From the NCBI RefSeq assembly GCF_001194135.2, contig NC_068981.1:61992801-62032412 (forward strand): a DNA stretch of 39,612 nucleotides, read 5' to 3'. A program made the translations under genes and the position numbers. The notes under the pieces are model-generated. The model searched no databases. It had not been told where the DNA came from and saw nothing but the letters and a program-made list of their open reading frames with translations. The stretch's first letter is position 1. Every line of letters begins with the position of its first letter. Source of the stretch: Octopus bimaculoides. Taxonomy: Eukaryota. Positions 35,356 through 39,612 of this stretch are shown here, one piece after another.

Positions 35356-35475
35356 NNNNNNNNNNNNNNNNNNNNNNNNNNNNNNNNNNNNNNNNNNNNN
35401 NNNNNNNNNNNNNNNNNNNNNNNNNNNNNNNNNNNNNNNNNNNNNNNNNNNNNNNNNNNNNNNNNNNNNNNNNNN
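35356..35475. other. Assembly gap (N run)
   Basis: N run before (TA)n. Confidence 1.
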
Positions 35476-36714
35476 TATATATATATATATATATATATGG
35501 CCAAACGAAAGAAAATGCACTCAGTACACTTCGTACAGTTCGATTTGCTTGCATGCGACTTAGATTTTTGCAGTCTTCTAACAGACTATCTCCCTCTCAA
35601 GCTTTAGGTTAACAAATTAAGTGACACGGGACGCCCAAGACTGCCGCCGGAAGTTAGGATGTATTGCTAAATGTGTGTCACATGGTGTTCCTTGTGACAC
35701 CAATCCCAGTAAAAAACGTGTAGCTGGAAGCTGATGGTCCACAGTAGACTGGCTGTGGCTGAATCAAGGCTTGTGAGCATGTGACCATGTTCGTGTGTTT
35801 GGAAATATGTGTGTATCAATATATACTTTTATAAATTATGTTTGCGTGTGTTCTAATATGTCAAATGTGGCACTTATGTGTGCGAAAGTGATGTATAATA
35901 GCTGTGTGTACATATCCGTGTTAGATTGTGGGTTAGTGTGTATGTCTGTGCGTGTGTGTGTTTGTGTGTGTGCATGTTTGCGTGTGTGTGTGTGTGTGTG
36001 TGTTTGTGTGTGTGTGGGTGTGCTTGTGTGTTCAAATAGATGTTTGCCTGTGCGTTGATCTGTGTACATCACACATATTAAAGTGAAATAGTGGAGTCGC
36101 AGTGGAAGCATAAGGCTTTAGTGTTCAGTATGAGTAGGCATTGGTGATTAATAACCATATCCTTGGTGCTGGGTTAGCTTCTTTCTGTATGTGGAGCACC
36201 CGGTGAGAGTGAGTCACCAATATTACATTTTTACTTCCGTGTTGTCGGCAGCCAGTGGCTTAAAATTTACAAGGTAGTCATACCTGTAGTGTCAGCAATA
36301 GGATAGTTTCTATATCCTCTTGATAGATACAGCAGGTTGATGGAAGATGAAGTGTCTTTAACGCGCGTGCGTACGCACACATACACAGACACACACGTGC
36401 ACACACACACTCATACGTATGCATACACATAGTCACACGCATACGTTTGAAATAATACACGAGAATACATTACTTTCGCAAACATAATACCACATCTGCC
36501 ACACAAGCACACCTGCTAACATAAATCACAAAAGCAAGTATACACACTCATACATTCACACACACAAACACATGCATACACACACAGACACAGACACACA
36601 CACATAACTCCACACATGCATGCATCTCGTATATATGTATATAAGCGTATGTGCATGCGTGTGCTTGCTTGTTTGCGTCTCTATGCGTGTGAGTGCGCAC
36701 GTACACACACTCAC

Positions 36715-36886
36715 TGGTCTTGCTTCTACACATCCAGACTCCACCAGCTTCTCGCCCAGCCACGCGGTTAAAGAAATTACGCTTTCAAAATTGGTTTCTC
36801 CCAGTAACTGACATTCTTTGAGAACACCATGTGACGCGTCTTGAAAACTAGCAGTTCTGGCATCAATCTTAGACTTCGTGTATCCT
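36715..36886 (-). CDS. Candidate 172-nt coding exon of an unidentified gene
   Basis: Open frame GYTKSKIDARTASFQDASHGVLKECQLLGETNFESVISLTAWLGEKLVESGCVEARP ends at donor CCA|gtgagt, with a moderate acceptor ttttgattaccgaacag. A high-complexity island between microsatellites. Confidence 0.3.
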
Positions 36887-37254
36887 CTGTTCGGTAATCA
36901 AAAGCCTGATAAGGATCTGTGGAACTCTAAGCCACAAAGAGCCATATCAAACTATAAAAAATGAAGACATGCATGTAAATACACACATACCCACACATAT
37001 ATAGGTTGGTGTGCGCGCGCGTGTATTCGTGTGTGTGTGTGTGTGTATGTGTGTGTAGTAATTGAGTAGTAGTTGGAGATATCTCTCTCAACATGAAACC
37101 GATGGAAACCATGAAACCAGTTTTATATCCCACGAATATAAAATATTCACCCACCAATTCGGTGTTGAGTACAAATTCTAAATTTTCAATATTGATCTAC
37201 ACACTGAGACACAAAGAGGAACACGCACGCGCGTATATATATATGCATATATAT

Positions 37255-37810
37255 NNNNNNNNNNNNNNNNNNNNNNNNNNNNNNNNNNNNNNNNNNNNNN
37301 NNNNNNNNNNNNNNNNNNNNNNNNNNNNNNNNNNNNNNNNNNNNNNNNNNNNNNNNNNNNNNNNNNNNNNNNNNNNNNNNNNNNNNNNNNNNNNNNNNNN
37401 NNNNNNNNNNNNNNNNNNNNNNNNNNNNNNNNNNNNNNNNNNNNNNNNNNNNNNNNNNNNNNNNNNNNNNNNNNNNNNNNNNNNNNNNNNNNNNNNNNNN
37501 NNNNNNNNNNNNNNNNNNNNNNNNNNNNNNNNNNNNNNNNNNNNNNNNNNNNNNNNNNNNNNNNNNNNNNNNNNNNNNNNNNNNNNNNNNNNNNNNNNNN
37601 NNNNNNNNNNNNNNNNNNNNNNNNNNNNNNNNNNNNNNNNNNNNNNNNNNNNNNNNNNNNNNNNNNNNNNNNNNNNNNNNNNNNNNNNNNNNNNNNNNNN
37701 NNNNNNNNNNNNNNNNNNNNNNNNNNNNNNNNNNNNNNNNNNNNNNNNNNNNNNNNNNNNNNNNNNNNNNNNNNNNNNNNNNNNNNNNNNNNNNNNNNNN
37801 NNNNNNNNNN
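37255..37810. other. Assembly gap (N run)
   Basis: N run between (TA)n tracts. Confidence 1.
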
Positions 37811-38497
37811 ATATATATATATATATATATAAAGTTTCAGCATCAACATTAGTATTTCAGAAGGTGACAAAGTAAATTAATTAGAAAAATGAAATATTTA
37901 TAATTTGTTTTTTTTTCAAAATTGTTTAATGTGTTAAAAGATTTACAGGTGCGGTTCATAATTCAATAATGGATTCTCTTCCATTTTCATGTGGCCGTTT
38001 CTAACATGTTATCTTTGGATTTGTAATTCCATTATCATTCCTAATAAATCAAAACTAAAACAACTGAATTTGAAATCTGCAAATGTAAAATAACAAATGA
38101 ATCCAAGTCTAAACAAATATATATTTATGAATGTTGAATGTGAATTAAATATATCTATATACAAAAATATGCTTGAACATATAATTGCCACACATGTAAT
38201 AACTTTCTGATAATTGTTTTCAAATATGTTCAAAATGTAGTAAATTTATGTTTCTAATAGTCTGAATCACCGAGGATCGACATACTCGCAAATGTACGCG
38301 CGCACGCACACTCTTGTACAGGCAAACATATATACATACATATACATGTATGTATATATGATAGAGGGAAAAGAGCAACAAAACCAAGACAGGATGTTTA
38401 TTTAGTGTATTTAATTATAGCATTTACCAAGAGTAACTACTCTTTTATATTATCAGAGAAATAAACTCCTATATCATTCTTTATATATATATAACAA

Positions 38498-38566
38498 TAA
38501 TGATGATGATGATGATGATGATGATGAAGATAATGATGATGATGATGATAATAATAATAATAATGA
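38498..38566. repeat. (GAT)n/(AAT)n microsatellite
   Basis: Direct reading. Confidence 0.9.
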
Positions 38567-38889
38567 TATGACAACAAAAGAATGTATGGGACCTCGATAT
38601 TATGTAAATAGAGGAATTTATCTAAATTATAATAGGTGACAATTAGTCGGTTGCCATAAAACTCAGAGTTTGTGGCGTAGGGGCGGAATTCTGCTCTGGC
38701 ATCTCGTCAGTTATTAAGAGAAATAAAAATGCTATGAAAATGAACGTTATATAAAGGGAAATTACTATGAAGATGACCAGTATTAAGACAATCAGAAAAA
38801 GCTGTGTGAATGACTGTTATATAAACGGGAATTACCCGAATAGGGAGAAAGTAAAAATACTCGAAGGTAAACCCACGCACATAGAATCC

Positions 38890-39260
38890 GCGTATGAGCG
38901 CATTACATACATATGCATGCACGCAAGCACACCAAAGTGCATGTGAATATGTGCATATGCTCACTAACACTCGCGTGAAACACATACATGCACACACACA
39001 CACCTATATGTGTACATATACATGCCTTCATGCACAGGTACATATATACATACCTGCGCACACGCACACACACGTATATATATACCCATACGCGCACAAT
39101 TATGTTCATATACACGTCTCTTACGCGAATGCACAAATATGCAAGATGAAAAGTAATATACAGAAGAAAATATATAAAATATATAAAGCAATAAAATATA
39201 TAAAAATATATATAACAAAATATGTAAAAAAATATAAAAATATATATGTTACAAATGAAA
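38890..39260. repeat. Degenerate CA/TA-rich low-complexity tract followed by AAATAT-like repeats
   Basis: Direct reading; the source of the HTHT and KYIK ORFs. Confidence 0.85.
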
Positions 39261-39573
39261 TGCTTGTACGCGGACACAACATAAAAAGCAGGTTCTATCT
39301 GTGATCTTGCGGGGAACAAAAACGTAACAACTATTTAGCCATATATTGACATGATCCCAAAAGAGGTGCAGCACCGAATTTTGTCAGTGAAGAGGTCGCG
39401 GTCTCAAAGCCACGAATATATTTTGACAAATTAAATTTAAATATTGAAGTGATTCTAACGGTTTTTGTGTGTTATTTTCAATGGCTTATAAACACCTTCC
39501 ACGCTGCAAGTTTTTTCGTTCCACCACACGATCTCAGATCAGATCACTTGCTATGCAAGTGCATTTCCGTAAT

Positions 39574-39612
<39 letters not shown>

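Noticed and set aside
35677-36835. 14-bp inverted match gtcacatggtgttc (35677-35690 and 36822-36835)
   Set aside because: Several 14-mer matches are expected by chance in a 40-kb two-strand comparison, and there is no extension or TSD.
1-39612. CRISPR array, operon or prokaryotic defence system
   Set aside because: No repeat-spacer array with unique spacers and no gene-dense bacterial architecture. The tandem units at 34871-35040 are microsatellite-rich TE tail repeats.

Overview
AT-rich animal genomic DNA with seven N gaps and dense (TA)n, (CA)n, (GATA)n and (ATGT)n microsatellites. The SINE types and microsatellite load look like a coleoid cephalopod, probably Octopus (inference from recalled repeat sequences, not a database search). 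No confident host gene, RNA gene, CRISPR array or prokaryotic system is visible. The window is mostly decayed transposons: three mariner (DD34D) remnants, a hAT-like fragment, two Dong/R4 LINEs, three RTE pieces, an orphan APE endonuclease fragment, two L1/Tx1-type LINEs, a Penelope-like element (PLE) with an open 280-codon RT-thumb/GIY-YIG frame, and several tRNA-derived SINEs. Most ORF-track entries are microsatellite, gap or chimeric artefacts. The best leads are structural: (1) the PLE has a perfect 24-bp inverted copy of its own CTA-rich tail at its 5' junction and a perfect 12-bp hairpin downstream; (2) a SINE nested in a SINE with a 13-bp TSD; (3) a head-to-head ~80-bp tRNA-like inverted repeat; (4) a 135-bp near-identical direct duplication; (5) weak candidate minus-strand exons at 28-37 kb; (6) a compact cluster of POU, Sox and homeodomain motifs at 24.6 kb. 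None of these establishes a new biological system; all family names come from motif recognition by eye.
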